A DNA stretch of 64,000 nucleotides from Methanomicrobiaceae archaeon (GCA_020854755.1 JAHKLN010000011.1:2131-66130); one strand, 5' to 3'. Positions 1 through 9,682 are shown, counted from the stretch's first letter. The notes: generated by a model not told the origin, from the letters alone. Made by a program: numbers and translations.

Positions 1-1050
1 CTCCTGCGGATGGATGATTGCTTTCAGACTCCCGTCCCGCGGGTGGGCGGTCAGGAGAAACCCTTCGACCGTTTTGTGTAACGGGAGCAGATGGGTGATC
101 ATATCGGCCACGGTGATCCGGTGATGCTGGATCCATGTCAGGGCAGTGGCCAGGTTATGGAAATCGGCGGCATATGAATGGGTGATCGTAATCTCGTTCT
201 GCCACAGGTTCCAGAGGTTTATCTCGGATTGAACGTCAGGATTCGTGGGGGCGAAAAACAAGATCGTTCCCCCCTTCCCGACTGCTGCAAGCGACTGCTG
301 CACACAGACGGGAACCGGTGCGGTCATAATGACGGTGTCTGCGCCAGAGCCGCCGTTTAACTCTTTAAACTTTTCGGGAAGATCGTCGGTAGCGGAGATG
401 GCTGCATCAGCGCCGAAGTTTTTTGCGATCTGCAACCGATCGGGATTGATATCGGAGACCGCAATGAATCCCGCACCGTTCAAGCGGGCCACCTTCACAT
501 GCAGCAGCCCGGTGATGCCGGCGCCGATGATCAGGACCGATCGGCCGTCACTGGTCGGCGCCCAGTGCTGCCCGCGCACGACACATCCGAGGGGCTCGAC
601 AAAGGTGGCTTCATCAAACGAGACCGATTCGGGAAGGCGCAGGATACCCCGGTCCACGTTGATCTCCGGCAGGACGACATACTCTGCAAACGCCCCGAAC
701 GCATTCTTGAATTTTGTCTTCTGCAGCGTGTCGCAGGCGGTCGTATGCCCGCGTATGCACGCATTGCATGTGTTGCAGGCGACATGGTGGGTAGCCACGA
801 CCCGATCCCCCACCCTCCACTTCGGGTCGACATCTGATCCGACCTCTGCAATGATGCCTGCGCATTCGTGTCCGAACGCCCCGATACCACCCGGCCGTCC
901 GGCACGCTTCATCCGGTACCATTCCATGACATCCGACCCGCAGACCCCGCATGCCATGACTTTGACTTTGATCTCCCCCGGCCCGACCGATAGATCCTCA
1001 ACCTCTTCGGTGCGAATGTCGCTGTTCGAGTAATACACTGCCGCTTTCAT
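1..1050 (-). CDS. Zn-dependent alcohol dehydrogenase family (MDR; threonine/sorbitol dehydrogenase-like); C-terminal end runs off the window
   Basis: Absent from the ORF track because it has no stop in the window. Manual reverse-strand translation from ATG 1050..1048 is open to position 1: MKAAVYYSNSDIRTEEVEDLSVGPGEIKVKVMACGVCGSDVMEW...GHECAGIIAEVG...VLIIGAGITGLL. This shows catalytic-Zn Cys/His motifs and a GxGxxG Rossmann motif. The + ORF 245..1033 is its antisense shadow. Confidence 0.85.
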   Translation of the reverse strand, partial: MKAAVYYSNSDIRTEEVEDLSVGPGEIKVKVMACGVCGSDVMEWYRMKRAGRPGGIGAFGHECAGIIAEVGSDVDPKWRVGDRVVATHHVACNTCNACIRGHTTACDTLQKTKFKNAFGAFAEYVVLPEINVDRGILRLPESVSFDEATFVEPLGCVVRGQHWAPTSDGRSVLIIGAGITGLLHVKVARLNGAGFIAVSDINPDRLQIAKNFGADAAISATDDLPEKFKELNGGSGADTVIMTAPVPVCVQQSLAAVGKGGTILFFAPTNPDVQSEINLWNLWQNEITITHSYAADFHNLATALTWIQHHRITVADMITHLLPLHKTVEGFLLTAHPRDGSLKAIIHPQE

Positions 1051-1093
1051 GATTGTACCGTGGAGTGCTGCTATATGATAGATCAAAAAATTT

Positions 1094-1918
1094 TTAGTCG
1101 AGCCTGGATGCCCCGGGCAGGCATCCATTGTATATATCCAGGGCTTCCTGCACGGTATGATCGTCGTGGACGATTGCACGGATTGCTCTGATCATGCCGA
1201 TGGGATTCTCATCCTGGAAGATATTCCGTCCGAAATCGACGCCCACGGCACCCGCCTGGACGGAGTTGTAGGCCATTGCAAGGGCGTCGGGAGGGCTCGA
1301 ATACTTCCCTCCTGCAACGACGACCGCTGTGGGAGCAACAGCCTCAACCAATCGGGAAAACTCCTCGCAGTAATAGGTCTTGATGATCCGGGCGCCGGCA
1401 TCCTGGCAGATACGGGAGGCAAGGGCTAAGTAGCGGAGATCCCGGGCCATCTCTTTACCCACGGCGGTTACGGCCAGCACGGGCATGCCGTACTCTTCGG
1501 CCTGATTGATCATATCGGTGAGATTAAGAATCGTCTGCTGCTGATTGGCAGAGCCGACATACACGCTGACCGCCACCCCGGCCGCATCCATCCGGATGGC
1601 TTCCTTGATGGTGACCGTGAGCTTCTCATCGCTCAGCTCTTCGAATAGAACGCTGTTCCCCCCGGTCACCCGCAGCATGATGGGTTTACTCCCGGCATCT
1701 TCGGGTGCGATGTTGCTCCGGACCGCCCCCCGGGTCGTCATCAGACAGTCGCAGTAGGGAAGGAGTGTTTTTATCGTGTTGCTCATATTGCGCAGACCCG
1801 TTGTCGGCCCCTGGAAATAGGGGTGGTCTATTGCAAGCATGACGACCCGATTGTCTTTCGGGTTGATGATCCGGTTCATCCGGCTTTGAATTCCCATATC
1901 AAGGTATGCGTTCACCAT
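1094..1918 (-). CDS. DeoC/LacD-family class I aldolase, LsrF-like / archaeal FBP-aldolase-like
   Basis: 274 aa. GIQSRMNRIINPKDNRVVMLAIDHPYFQGPTTGL and IIKTYY...VVAGGK...GVDFGRNIFQ resemble LsrF/FbaB-type TIM-barrel aldolases (recollected similarity, not searched). Confidence 0.8.
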   Translation of the reverse strand: MVNAYLDMGIQSRMNRIINPKDNRVVMLAIDHPYFQGPTTGLRNMSNTIKTLLPYCDCLMTTRGAVRSNIAPEDAGSKPIMLRVTGGNSVLFEELSDEKLTVTIKEAIRMDAAGVAVSVYVGSANQQQTILNLTDMINQAEEYGMPVLAVTAVGKEMARDLRYLALASRICQDAGARIIKTYYCEEFSRLVEAVAPTAVVVAGGKYSSPPDALAMAYNSVQAGAVGVDFGRNIFQDENPIGMIRAIRAIVHDDHTVQEALDIYNGCLPGASRLD

Positions 1919-1968
1919 AAGGACATCTCACGAAAAGTAATCATTCACAACGGTAAAGAACGTTGGGA

Positions 1969-2187
1969 TTATTCTTCCTTCGGCCTGACGATGAGGTATC
2001 CCTTCTCTATGAGCCAGTGGTGGAATTCGTAGGTGCTGTGCAGACAGTTCGATGCGCAGATCGCCCGAATCTCTTCATATTCACGAGATTTTTCCACTTC
2101 TTTATTCAACAGCAATTGAATCGGGCATTTCACATCATGGCAATACTCCCGACGCGTATAATCGATATACCCCTCTATCGACTGCAT
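1969..2187 (-). CDS. small Cys-rich hypothetical protein
   Basis: 72 aa ORF with protein-like composition (CHDVKCP, CASNC). No family recognised. Confidence 0.4.
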   Translation of the reverse strand: MQSIEGYIDYTRREYCHDVKCPIQLLLNKEVEKSREYEEIRAICASNCLHSTYEFHHWLIEKGYLIVRPKEE

Positions 2188-2251
2188 ACCAGTCTCTTGA
2201 GAGTTGAAATGAAAAAGGATTGCGGAAGAGTTCGGTGAGGCGGTGCCCGGC

Positions 2252-2998
2252 TCAGCGCTTCCGAAGGATGAAGAACTCGTAGCCGTACTCGCGTCCGTGC
2301 TTTTTGAATATCTCCATCTCCCGCTCCGAGAACGCGACGAACCCTTCCGCGTCGGGATTGCCGGCAGCGGCCTGCTTCAGGCCGGGCAGCCGCTCAAGAA
2401 GCGGCATATAGTAGTTCTCCCACCAGACGGAGGGAGGGAGCGGGAAGGTGGCGACGACCTCGTAGCCGGCCCGCTCGGCAATAGCACGGTTCTCCGAAAC
2501 CCTCGTTATCGCCGGGTAGCAGTCGTTCCAGAACGCGGCAGCTTCCGGGGAGGGCTGATCGGTGAACCAGACCGCTTCGGTGAGGCAGACATAGCCCCCC
2601 GGCCGGAGGAGCCGCTTCCAGGACTTCAGCCCCTCCGCAAACCCCACGACAAAGATCGAGCCCTCCGCCCAGAGGATGTCGAACGATGCAACCTCAAACG
2701 GCAGATCGTCCATAGACGCCTGCACCGTCGTGATCCGGTCGTCGACCCCGGCCCTTGCCGCCCTCAGGGCGAGGTCGTCCAGGAAAGGCTGGTGGATGTC
2801 GATGGCGGTGATATGGCAGTCCGGGCAGATGCGTGCGAGGTCGACCGTCTGCATCCCGCTCCCGCACCCGATATCCAGGATCTTTGGCCGGGCCGGGAGG
2901 TTTTTCAGCATGAAAAACGCTTTTCTCGTGCACTCGTTGCTCCCCGGGCCCTGGCGGGGGAGCCCTTCGTGCATGGTGAAGAGGAAAGATAGGTCCAT
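2252..2998 (-). CDS. class I SAM-dependent methyltransferase
   Basis: Start placed at ATG 2998 (MDLSFLFTMHEG...) inside ORF 2252..3130. Motif I ILDIGCGSG is present, with a typical post-I/II layout (ITAIDI, DILWAEGS). Confidence 0.85.
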   Translation of the reverse strand: MDLSFLFTMHEGLPRQGPGSNECTRKAFFMLKNLPARPKILDIGCGSGMQTVDLARICPDCHITAIDIHQPFLDDLALRAARAGVDDRITTVQASMDDLPFEVASFDILWAEGSIFVVGFAEGLKSWKRLLRPGGYVCLTEAVWFTDQPSPEAAAFWNDCYPAITRVSENRAIAERAGYEVVATFPLPPSVWWENYYMPLLERLPGLKQAAAGNPDAEGFVAFSEREMEIFKKHGREYGYEFFILRKR

Positions 2999-3294
2999 TA
3001 GGATATAATGCGTCCCCCGATCCGATAAAGGGCAGGGTTGCAGGGCTGGGCTCTGCCGCTGTCCTCGTGTTCTTTCCCCGATACCTCTTCGATAATGAGA
3101 GGCTCGATGCCTCCGGGACTCCTGCAGCACACGGCTGAAAGTTCTATAATCGAAGCTTCAACAACTCTCATCGGACGCGAGGCGTTTGGTTCTCTCCCGG
3201 TCGTCAGTGAAGCCGCCAGATGTATTCCCGGGCCGCTCAAACGCGAGCATGCGGCAATATCCTGGAGGAAGATCGCAGGTATGTGTAGGTGCAT
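2998..3294 (-). CDS. hypothetical ORF, possibly translationally coupled to the methyltransferase
   Basis: 98 aa from ATG 3294. Its TAA (3000..2998) overlaps the methyltransferase ATG by 1 nt. No recognisable domain and no obvious RBS. Confidence 0.25.
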   Translation of the reverse strand: MHLHIPAIFLQDIAACSRLSGPGIHLAASLTTGREPNASRPMRVVEASIIELSAVCCRSPGGIEPLIIEEVSGKEHEDSGRAQPCNPALYRIGGRIIS

Positions 3295-3645
3295 CACCGT
3301 ATGCCCGGCGGCTTTGCCCGGGCGACCGGCTGGTCATCGCCCCCCAGAACAGCCCGGAGGCATGGGACGGGTGCGAGATAGCGGTGACGGTGAAGGTATA
3401 GTGGCCCGGCAGAAACGGATTTGCGTAGATTGGTGGGATGGATGAGAAGATGAGCCTGAAAAGAGGATAGCAACGGTCCTTCGACACCGGAAGACGGCCC
3501 GCTATCAGGCTCTGATGATCACCTGAGATGGCCGCCCTCTCTCCGGCTGTTTTTTGGCTCCTGGATCGCTGGACTATTGACACCCTCGATGGAACAAACC
3601 GGAGTGATAAAGTAGAAGCCCGGGAAAACACTGTACTCGACCGGA

Positions 3646-4530
3646 ATGATGGTCTCCGATGGCATCGAGTTATTCCTTCGCCTCTATCCTGCTTACCTGC
3701 TGGTTGAGTTCGTTCTTCGGCCAGGCTTTTGCGGAGCGGATCGGTTCCGGAACAGCTGGCGCTCCAGGTCGCTGATACTGCATGCCGTTGCTGCCGGAGG
3801 GCTGACATTTCTCTTTGCCGCCCTCTGGGACATTGTATTCATGCTGCAAAACCCGGCGTCTCTCCCGGCTATGCTTCCTCAGCTCCGGAACGCCCTGCTA
3901 TACGCCTTCGTCCTCGTCGCGGCCTCGCACTTCGCGATCGACGGAGCGCTGGCCCGATGGACGGCGGGCAGACGGGAAAAGACGAGCCGTGGAGGCGATC
4001 CGGGCCTGCTGCCCGAAGATGACTCACTCCGTACGCTCTTCGCCGGTGGTGCCGCCCACCTGGGGGTGCTGTTCATCGTGCTCGTGCTGCTCTCTCCGCA
4101 GGCCCCGATCCCATATCCGTTCGCCGGTCCGGTCGAGCTGATCAGGATCTGGGTCGCCGCAATCTCCTTCCTTCTGGTGCTCCAGCCTGGCGGGATGCTG
4201 GTCGGCGGCGTCATCCGCTCCTGGCGGGATGATGCGGATGCTTTCCAGGAAGGCAGCCTGGATAAAGCCGGCCGCTTGATCGGATACGTCGAGAGGGTCC
4301 TGGTCGTGACGTTCATCCTGGTAAACCAGTACACGGCGATCGGCTTCTTCATTGCGGCAAAAGGGCTTTTCAGGATCAACGATCCGAAGAGATCGGAATA
4401 TATCATCGTGGGAACACTGGTCAGTTTCGCCATTGCGGTCCTTATCGGAGCGGCTGCCGCTTACCTGATATATCAGGGCGGAATTGAGCAGTGCATAGAA
4501 TATCTATCGGAGCTCCTACAAATCTCCTGA
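3646..4530 (+). CDS. polytopic membrane protein (possibly DUF3307-like)
   Basis: 294 aa with multiple hydrophobic helices (LTFLFAALWDIVFML, LLYAFVLVAASHFAIDG, VLFIVLVLL, ISFLLVLQPGGMLVGG, IIVGTLVSFAIAVLIGAAAAYLIY). The family name is a tentative recollection. Confidence 0.6.
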   Translation: MMVSDGIELFLRLYPAYLLVEFVLRPGFCGADRFRNSWRSRSLILHAVAAGGLTFLFAALWDIVFMLQNPASLPAMLPQLRNALLYAFVLVAASHFAIDGALARWTAGRREKTSRGGDPGLLPEDDSLRTLFAGGAAHLGVLFIVLVLLSPQAPIPYPFAGPVELIRIWVAAISFLLVLQPGGMLVGGVIRSWRDDADAFQEGSLDKAGRLIGYVERVLVVTFILVNQYTAIGFFIAAKGLFRINDPKRSEYIIVGTLVSFAIAVLIGAAAAYLIYQGGIEQCIEYLSELLQIS

Positions 4531-4590
4531 GTCCGACTGTAACGATTCCATTCTATCAGCCGGGACCACAGAGTGCTCACATATACTAAT

Positions 4591-4695
4591 ATGAATAATT
4601 TAATTCATAATATCTAAAAATGAATTAGTAAATTCATGCAAATAATTTATGAGTTCAAATATTCATATAGTTAAAAAATAAGGAGATATATTCAT
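4591..4695 (+). promoter_or_regulatory. four phased 18-bp palindromic boxes (ATGAAT-N6-ATTCAT type) at exact 29-bp spacing in the A/T-rich leader of the 4698 gene
   Basis: Boxes start at 4591 (ATGAATAATTTAATTCAT), 4620 (ATGAATTAGTAAATTCAT), 4649 (ATGAGTTCAAATATTCAT) and 4678 (ATAAGGAGATATATTCAT; right half conserved, left half overlaps the RBS). Read directly from the sequence. Confidence 0.5.
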
Positions 4696-4697
4696 AT

Positions 4698-5426
4698 ATG
4701 CCTGCGGCCAAGATCCCTTACAGCAGAGGCGATGATGACGGCATGACGGGAGGTAAGGTGTTTGCTGTGCTCACAGGAGATCTGGTCCGTTCCAGAGCCA
4801 TCAAGGATGCATGCGGCGAAGAGTGTATACGCCGCCTAAAAGAGATATTGGCGGAGATCGGGAGGGACTACACAGCGCCCTTCTCGATCTTCCGCGGCGA
4901 CAGTTTTCAGGGCGTCTCAGCACAACCCCAGGAGGCGCTGAAAGATGCGGTTCTTCTGCGCCTCAAACTCATCGCCGGGTTTAATCCCGGCAATAGCGCT
5001 CTTCGGCTGGATGCACGAATTGCGGTCGGCATCGGCAGCATCCGGTACCTGCCCGGAGATGGTTCGGTTGGAGAAGGGGATGGAGAAGCATTCCGGCTCT
5101 CGGGCCTCGAACTGGACGCCATGAAGCAGGCCGGCCGGGGCATCATCGCAAAGACCCCCTGGGAGGATGTAAATGAGACGCTGTCGATCTTCTGCGAGGT
5201 TTTAGACAGAACCATTGCCGGATACACGAAGAGGCAGGCCGAAGCGGTGCTGCTGGCGCTGGAAGGGCTCACGCAGAGAGAGATCGGGGAGCGGGTCGGC
5301 ACGAGCCAGTCTGCGATATCGTATCGCCTGAAGGGGACGGATTATGACCTCACCCTGAAGATCCTGGAATGGTATCGATCGCAGATCCGGGAGCGGGCTG
5401 CACCTGCAGAAGCGATACACGCATGA
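4698..5426 (+). CDS. SatD-like protein with C-terminal sigma70-region-4/LuxR-type HTH
   Basis: AAGGAG lies ~12 nt upstream of the ATG. The N-terminal FAVLTGDLVRSR...FRGDSFQG resembles the SatD family (recollection). The C-terminal LEGLTQREIGERVGTSQSAISYRLKG is an HTH. Confidence 0.65.
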   Translation: MPAAKIPYSRGDDDGMTGGKVFAVLTGDLVRSRAIKDACGEECIRRLKEILAEIGRDYTAPFSIFRGDSFQGVSAQPQEALKDAVLLRLKLIAGFNPGNSALRLDARIAVGIGSIRYLPGDGSVGEGDGEAFRLSGLELDAMKQAGRGIIAKTPWEDVNETLSIFCEVLDRTIAGYTKRQAEAVLLALEGLTQREIGERVGTSQSAISYRLKGTDYDLTLKILEWYRSQIRERAAPAEAIHA

Positions 5427-5777
5427 TAAGACCTGAGTGCTGCCTGCGCCGGGGAGATGCTGGCCCTGTGGTCTCTAGGTGTATTGGGGGCCGGATCTTC
5501 CATGGATGCATCCTGCCTCCGACAGTTCAGGGAATGCCAGCAAGCATCGGGATCACCGTTTAAAGCTGATCAGCAGAATACTGTGTTTAGCTGATTTAAT
5601 CGCATTAGAGTGTATCTGGCACTAATAGGGAGCGGAGTTAGGACAGAAAGAATGATGCTATCGCAGTTAAACCAGATGCACAAGAATAACCGTCCCCTCC
5701 ATGCACGTCAACCTATTAACCGGAATCTAACATGGAGAGCAGAGATTTGCATGAGTATGTTCAAACGAGGAGTCCCT

Positions 5778-5805
5778 CTTCAGGAGGATTTGAACCATCC
5801 TGAAG
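5778..5805. terminator. perfect 8-bp-stem hairpin between convergent genes
   Basis: CTTCAGGA (5778..5785) pairs with TCCTGAAG (5798..5805) around a 12-nt loop. It lies between the 3' ends of 4698..5426 (+) and 5941..7143 (-). Function is inferred. Confidence 0.3.
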
Positions 5806-5940
5806 GACATAAGCAATGAATGGGTGACCGGCAGATAGTATTTGGTGAGGAAGAAGGAGCGATCAACCCGGAAGATGGGGATCAGCGTTTTTGCAGAAAA
5901 ATTGAGGCGTTACCGGGACAGACACAGTCTGCGGAGCATG

Positions 5941-7143
5941 TTACTCGCTCAGCGCCTCCTCATCATCCTCCCGGGCAATCACCCCATACCCGTGGGGCAT
6001 GCATTTTGAGCAGAGAATGATCTCATCCTCCCGGGACCCGCGTTCCGATGCACTTGGCGCTTCGCTTGACACTGCATCGGGACTGACGCCTCCACGCGGC
6101 AGTTTCAGGACAGTAATGCCTTTGGTCTCCGGCAACCTCTCGATTGAGGCCAGCAATCTTCGGATCTCGGCTTCGCTGTCGCGGATGAGTTCCTGGATCT
6201 GGTGCAAAAACGTTCTTTCATCTGCAACATATATCGGCCGGTCGCATAATCGGCCGGAGCGGACCTCGTCTTTCAGTATGATCGAGCCGTCCTGCTCAAG
6301 CTCTTTCAGCGCCCGGACTATGCCTTCTTCAGAGGAGGTGTTGTGGTACTGCGAGAAATCGTTGCCCGAACGGTACGCCTGCCGGATCTTCTCCAGCGAT
6401 CCGATGTTAGCGGCCAGCCCGGCAAGCCGGCTCCTTATCCGGTAGAAAGATTCCATGAACGCGGAGTAGTCGACGGCCGTGAAGAATTTTACAACGTCTT
6501 CCTGGCGGAGGCACGGCGCAACAAGGTAAAATCTCTCGTCCATCCCGCCCCCACGCGGCGTCAGGTAATAATCTACCACTGCAGCCAGTTTCTTCGCCAC
6601 GAGAGTTTCCAGCACCTGTATGCAGTCATTGAAGAACGTCCTGCTGATCTCGTGGGGGAGTGCGGTCGCATAGTTATAGTCCCGCGGACTCTTTTGCAGA
6701 AATGACGCCTCGATTCTTTTTTTATCGATCACATACAGAACGGCGAGGGGATTGTGGCCTTCGAAGTCTCTGGGCTCGAGGTGTTCGATGGCACTGCGTG
6801 CGAACACTTCTGCAATGGCATTTCCTTTCTCGGTCAATACATAGCCTGTTAACTCCTCAAACGAGTGCCATTGGGCGTTCTCGATGAATTCCAGCACCTT
6901 GAGGGAGTGAATAGCGTCATCAGGAATATTTTTATAGATGACCCCCTCCTCGCGGATATGCTGGGCGGCATAGGTGTATCGTATCGCGTTAAAGGTGCAT
7001 TTGATTCTGGCTTCCGGAAGGCCGTTCATCACTTTTTGCGAAAATCCGTCCAGCAGACCGTTAATGGCATGTATTGAATCTTCAGACAGCCCCATCTCTG
7101 CCAGCACACTGGAAATCTTTGAATCCCCCATTCCTCTTTCCAT
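5941..7143 (-). CDS. hypothetical protein (400 aa), no family recognised
   Basis: Long ATG-initiated ORF with protein-like composition and an acidic C-terminus with CSKCMPHG. It is flanked by lower-GC non-coding DNA. Confidence 0.65.
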   Translation of the reverse strand: MERGMGDSKISSVLAEMGLSEDSIHAINGLLDGFSQKVMNGLPEARIKCTFNAIRYTYAAQHIREEGVIYKNIPDDAIHSLKVLEFIENAQWHSFEELTGYVLTEKGNAIAEVFARSAIEHLEPRDFEGHNPLAVLYVIDKKRIEASFLQKSPRDYNYATALPHEISRTFFNDCIQVLETLVAKKLAAVVDYYLTPRGGGMDERFYLVAPCLRQEDVVKFFTAVDYSAFMESFYRIRSRLAGLAANIGSLEKIRQAYRSGNDFSQYHNTSSEEGIVRALKELEQDGSIILKDEVRSGRLCDRPIYVADERTFLHQIQELIRDSEAEIRRLLASIERLPETKGITVLKLPRGGVSPDAVSSEAPSASERGSREDEIILCSKCMPHGYGVIAREDDEEALSE

Positions 7144-8193
7144 GCCGCCCCTGACCTGATTTGATTGGTTTTATCGGCTCTGTAAGTAAATACGTTTCGT
7201 TTCGGCTTTCACCGAGATCAGGCCCGGCTATGCAGATATTTCTCTCTACATGCCTGTATGGTCAAACGGGCGCTTCCAACCTATCCCCTCCCCCTGGCAG
7301 AGCGCAGATATCTTTACGTTCATACTCTCAACTCGAATGGTCTCGATGCGGGTCTGCACGCAGGAACAATATAAAAGGGGGATATCCGGCTTCCAATTGT
7401 CCACCGGACCGTTGCGATAGCATACAGGGGCAGACCCGCCCGCTCCAGGGGTATTGCGATGCCATCGCGGGCAGCGTTTTTGCCAGGCAATTACTCCATG
7501 TACGAGAAGATCGGTGCCGGCTTCCGGTAGCCAACCGGCCGCCCTGCTGTCCGACGCTGGGACTGATCGCCCCCGTAGACCAGAAACGATCGATCGGGGG
7601 TGTTGCCGGAAAGTTGGTTCCAGCGTGTTAGACCGTCCGAACAAGTGTTGTCTTTCCCGGCTGGCGGGGGGCGATTACTGATACCGCCGAAACCCGAGAG
7701 CGAGCGACCGGATCTTCTCCTCTGCATCCCGCCTGATGAAGGGGGTCGTCACTTCCTTATGGTTGGACATATTGTAAATCTTAGTTACAATTTGTCCATA
7801 TCTGCTCCCTCTCCAGAGGCCGGCGGGAACCGGGAGGGGCTGGTGGATATCCACGATCTGCCATTCCGGCCCACTGCGGAGAATGACGGATATAGCCCTG
7901 ACTGAGAGGGGACAGGGTAAAAAATCCATCGCGGTGAGCAGGATTGTCTGAAACCAATCAATCCACGATCAGTATAGCAGCATGCGGCGGTCGCATGCCC
8001 CCATCGCCGGGCTATAGAAGAGAAGGCCGTTCTGGCCTGGTCCAGCACTGTTTGAAAGATTTGCTTTAATGAATGCTCTGCCACGTTCTTCAATGATCTC
8101 GGTTCTCTGGAACTGAAGGAATCCGGGCTAAAGATGCAATGCTTATTACCTCCCGAGAAAAAGCTCCATTGGTAATAGCAATTGTGCGGTAAT

Positions 8194-8724
8194 ATGATGA
8201 AAGCGAGGTTTGTTTCGATAATTATTCTTCTTTTGCTCGGATGTCCTCTTGCAGGGCCAGCATTACTGCCTGCTGCAGCGGCAGTCCTGCATGCTCTGCC
8301 CGGCATTCCGGACGATGCTGTTCCCCACTGGGAACGGGACTATCTTCAGGGGGCTGGAGATCCCGTGCTTGAAGTAATCAATGTCGGCAAGAGGGAAGTG
8401 ACATTTTCTCTGTGGAAAACGCCGCCTGACTATTATGAGGGATATCATCTTACCCCGGCGGATTATGCGGTGACCGTGCAGAAAGGTGAACGTGCGTCGC
8501 TTGTCGTCGATGAAGGGCACTACCTGTACTGGGCTGCGGAGATGCCCTATGAAACATCGCCGTGGTGGTCTGGCTCAACCATCTGGTTTGACGGGGATTG
8601 TACATATACAGCGGTTTTTCCCGAAGAATCCAACCTGAATGCGAAAAGCATACCGGGCTTTGAGGTCGTTTTGCCGGTTGCGGCATTGACGCTACTTGCT
8701 CTTTTTTGGAGGAAGACGATTTGA
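8194..8724 (+). CDS. secreted/surface protein with PGF-CTERM-like sorting signal
   Basis: Start moved to ATG 8194 (MMKARFVSIIILLLLGCPLAG signal-like). The C-terminus [23 protein letters not shown] has PGF, a hydrophobic helix and basic residues. Confidence 0.7.
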   Translation: MMKARFVSIIILLLLGCPLAGPALLPAAAAVLHALPGIPDDAVPHWERDYLQGAGDPVLEVINVGKREVTFSLWKTPPDYYEGYHLTPADYAVTVQKGERASLVVDEGHYLYWAAEMPYETSPWWSGSTIWFDGDCTYTAVFPEESNLNAKSIPGFEVVLPVAALTLLALFWRKTI

Positions 8725-9272
8725 AACGCGTTTTCATGTTGATTCTGGCGATCAGCATAGCTTTTTTCTGCCCGGCACTTGCAGCATCGCAGGATTCGGG
8801 CGCTGATGGGTGGGAACTCCTCCCGGAGAGCCGCCAGAGCCATCCCTGGGAAAGAATGCCTGACGAATCTTCAGAAGAAAGGGCGGTAAAAGTCGAATTT
8901 GTCAACGATCTACCCTGGAACTACACGGTGAGTCTTGATGAATGCACACTGGAAGCGATCGACTCGGCAACACCCTCCGGGAATACGTTTATTCTCGCAT
9001 CGGGCATCCCTGAAACGAGATATCTCGAACCCGGCTTCCACTCATTCGTGTTTAAGAGCCATACTGATTGGGTAGCCTTTGGGTACTCCGCGAGTGATTC
9101 GATTCGTTTTGAAGAGGGTTACACGTATAGAATGACGTTCCTTGACCCGGGAGGTTATTCTTCGAAACACGGCGTGGAAACCAGCCATCCACCGGAGAGA
9201 AGCATACCCGCTTCAGGATGGGAGGCAGGCATCCTTGCGGTGGTGTTTGTGCTCTTGATCAGGAGGCGGTGA
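8721..9272 (+). CDS. secreted protein with C-terminal transmembrane anchor
   Basis: TTG 8721 has GGAGG 8 nt upstream and overlaps the upstream stop (TTGA). Signal-like [20 protein letters not shown] at the N-terminus; C-terminal [18 protein letters not shown]. Confidence 0.6.
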   Translation: MKRVFMLILAISIAFFCPALAASQDSGADGWELLPESRQSHPWERMPDESSEERAVKVEFVNDLPWNYTVSLDECTLEAIDSATPSGNTFILASGIPETRYLEPGFHSFVFKSHTDWVAFGYSASDSIRFEEGYTYRMTFLDPGGYSSKHGVETSHPPERSIPASGWEAGILAVVFVLLIRRR

Positions 9273-9442
9273 GTGTTTCCCTGGAGTGTCCGGGTATGCG
9301 GTTCAATTTGGATCGAATGAGTCTCGCTGGAGATATCGGTGAAATGAGTCACGATAGGCTATATCGCAATAAGGCCATGCCGGGGTATCGTCTTGGCAGG
9401 GAGTATCCGTGGCGATGCCCGCCACGATCTCCTGCGGGATCT

Positions 9443-9682
9443 GCACTCCGGGCGTTTCGTGCGAGCCGGTCGTTTGAGGAGGGCTGCCTGCTTGCCGTGA
9501 ACCTGGGCGACGACGCGGACACGACCGGAGCGATTTTTGGGCAGCTGGCGGGGGCGTATTATGGAGAGCGCGGGATACCTGCATCCTGGCTGGAAGTGCT
9601 TGCCCATCGGGAGATGATCGGCAGGTGTGTTGAAGACCTGATGCATATCGGGCGTGAGGAATACGATAGAACTACCTCGTGA
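9443..9682 (+). pseudogene. C-terminal fragment of an ADP-ribosylglycohydrolase-family gene
   Basis: Only the family's C-terminal motif block is present: [36 protein letters not shown]. The upstream part of ORF 9218..9682 has no matching N-terminal domain. Confidence 0.5.

Noticed and set aside
245-1033. 262-aa + strand ORF (and other ORFs at 499-952)
   Set aside because: It is antisense to a clean, motif-rich alcohol-dehydrogenase reading frame on the minus strand that runs off the window edge. Its composition is typical of GC-rich shadow frames.
3038-3808. ORFs 3038..3445 (+) and 3158..3808 (-) between the methyltransferase and the membrane-protein gene
   Set aside because: No motifs, mutually overlapping, implausible composition. 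Only the 2998..3294 ORF was kept, at low confidence, because of its 1-nt stop/start coupling.
5760-5850. tRNA-like T-loop sequence (GGTTCAAATCC on the minus strand)
   Set aside because: It forms only a simple 8-bp hairpin, and no cloverleaf can be drawn. It is reported as a hairpin or possible terminator instead.
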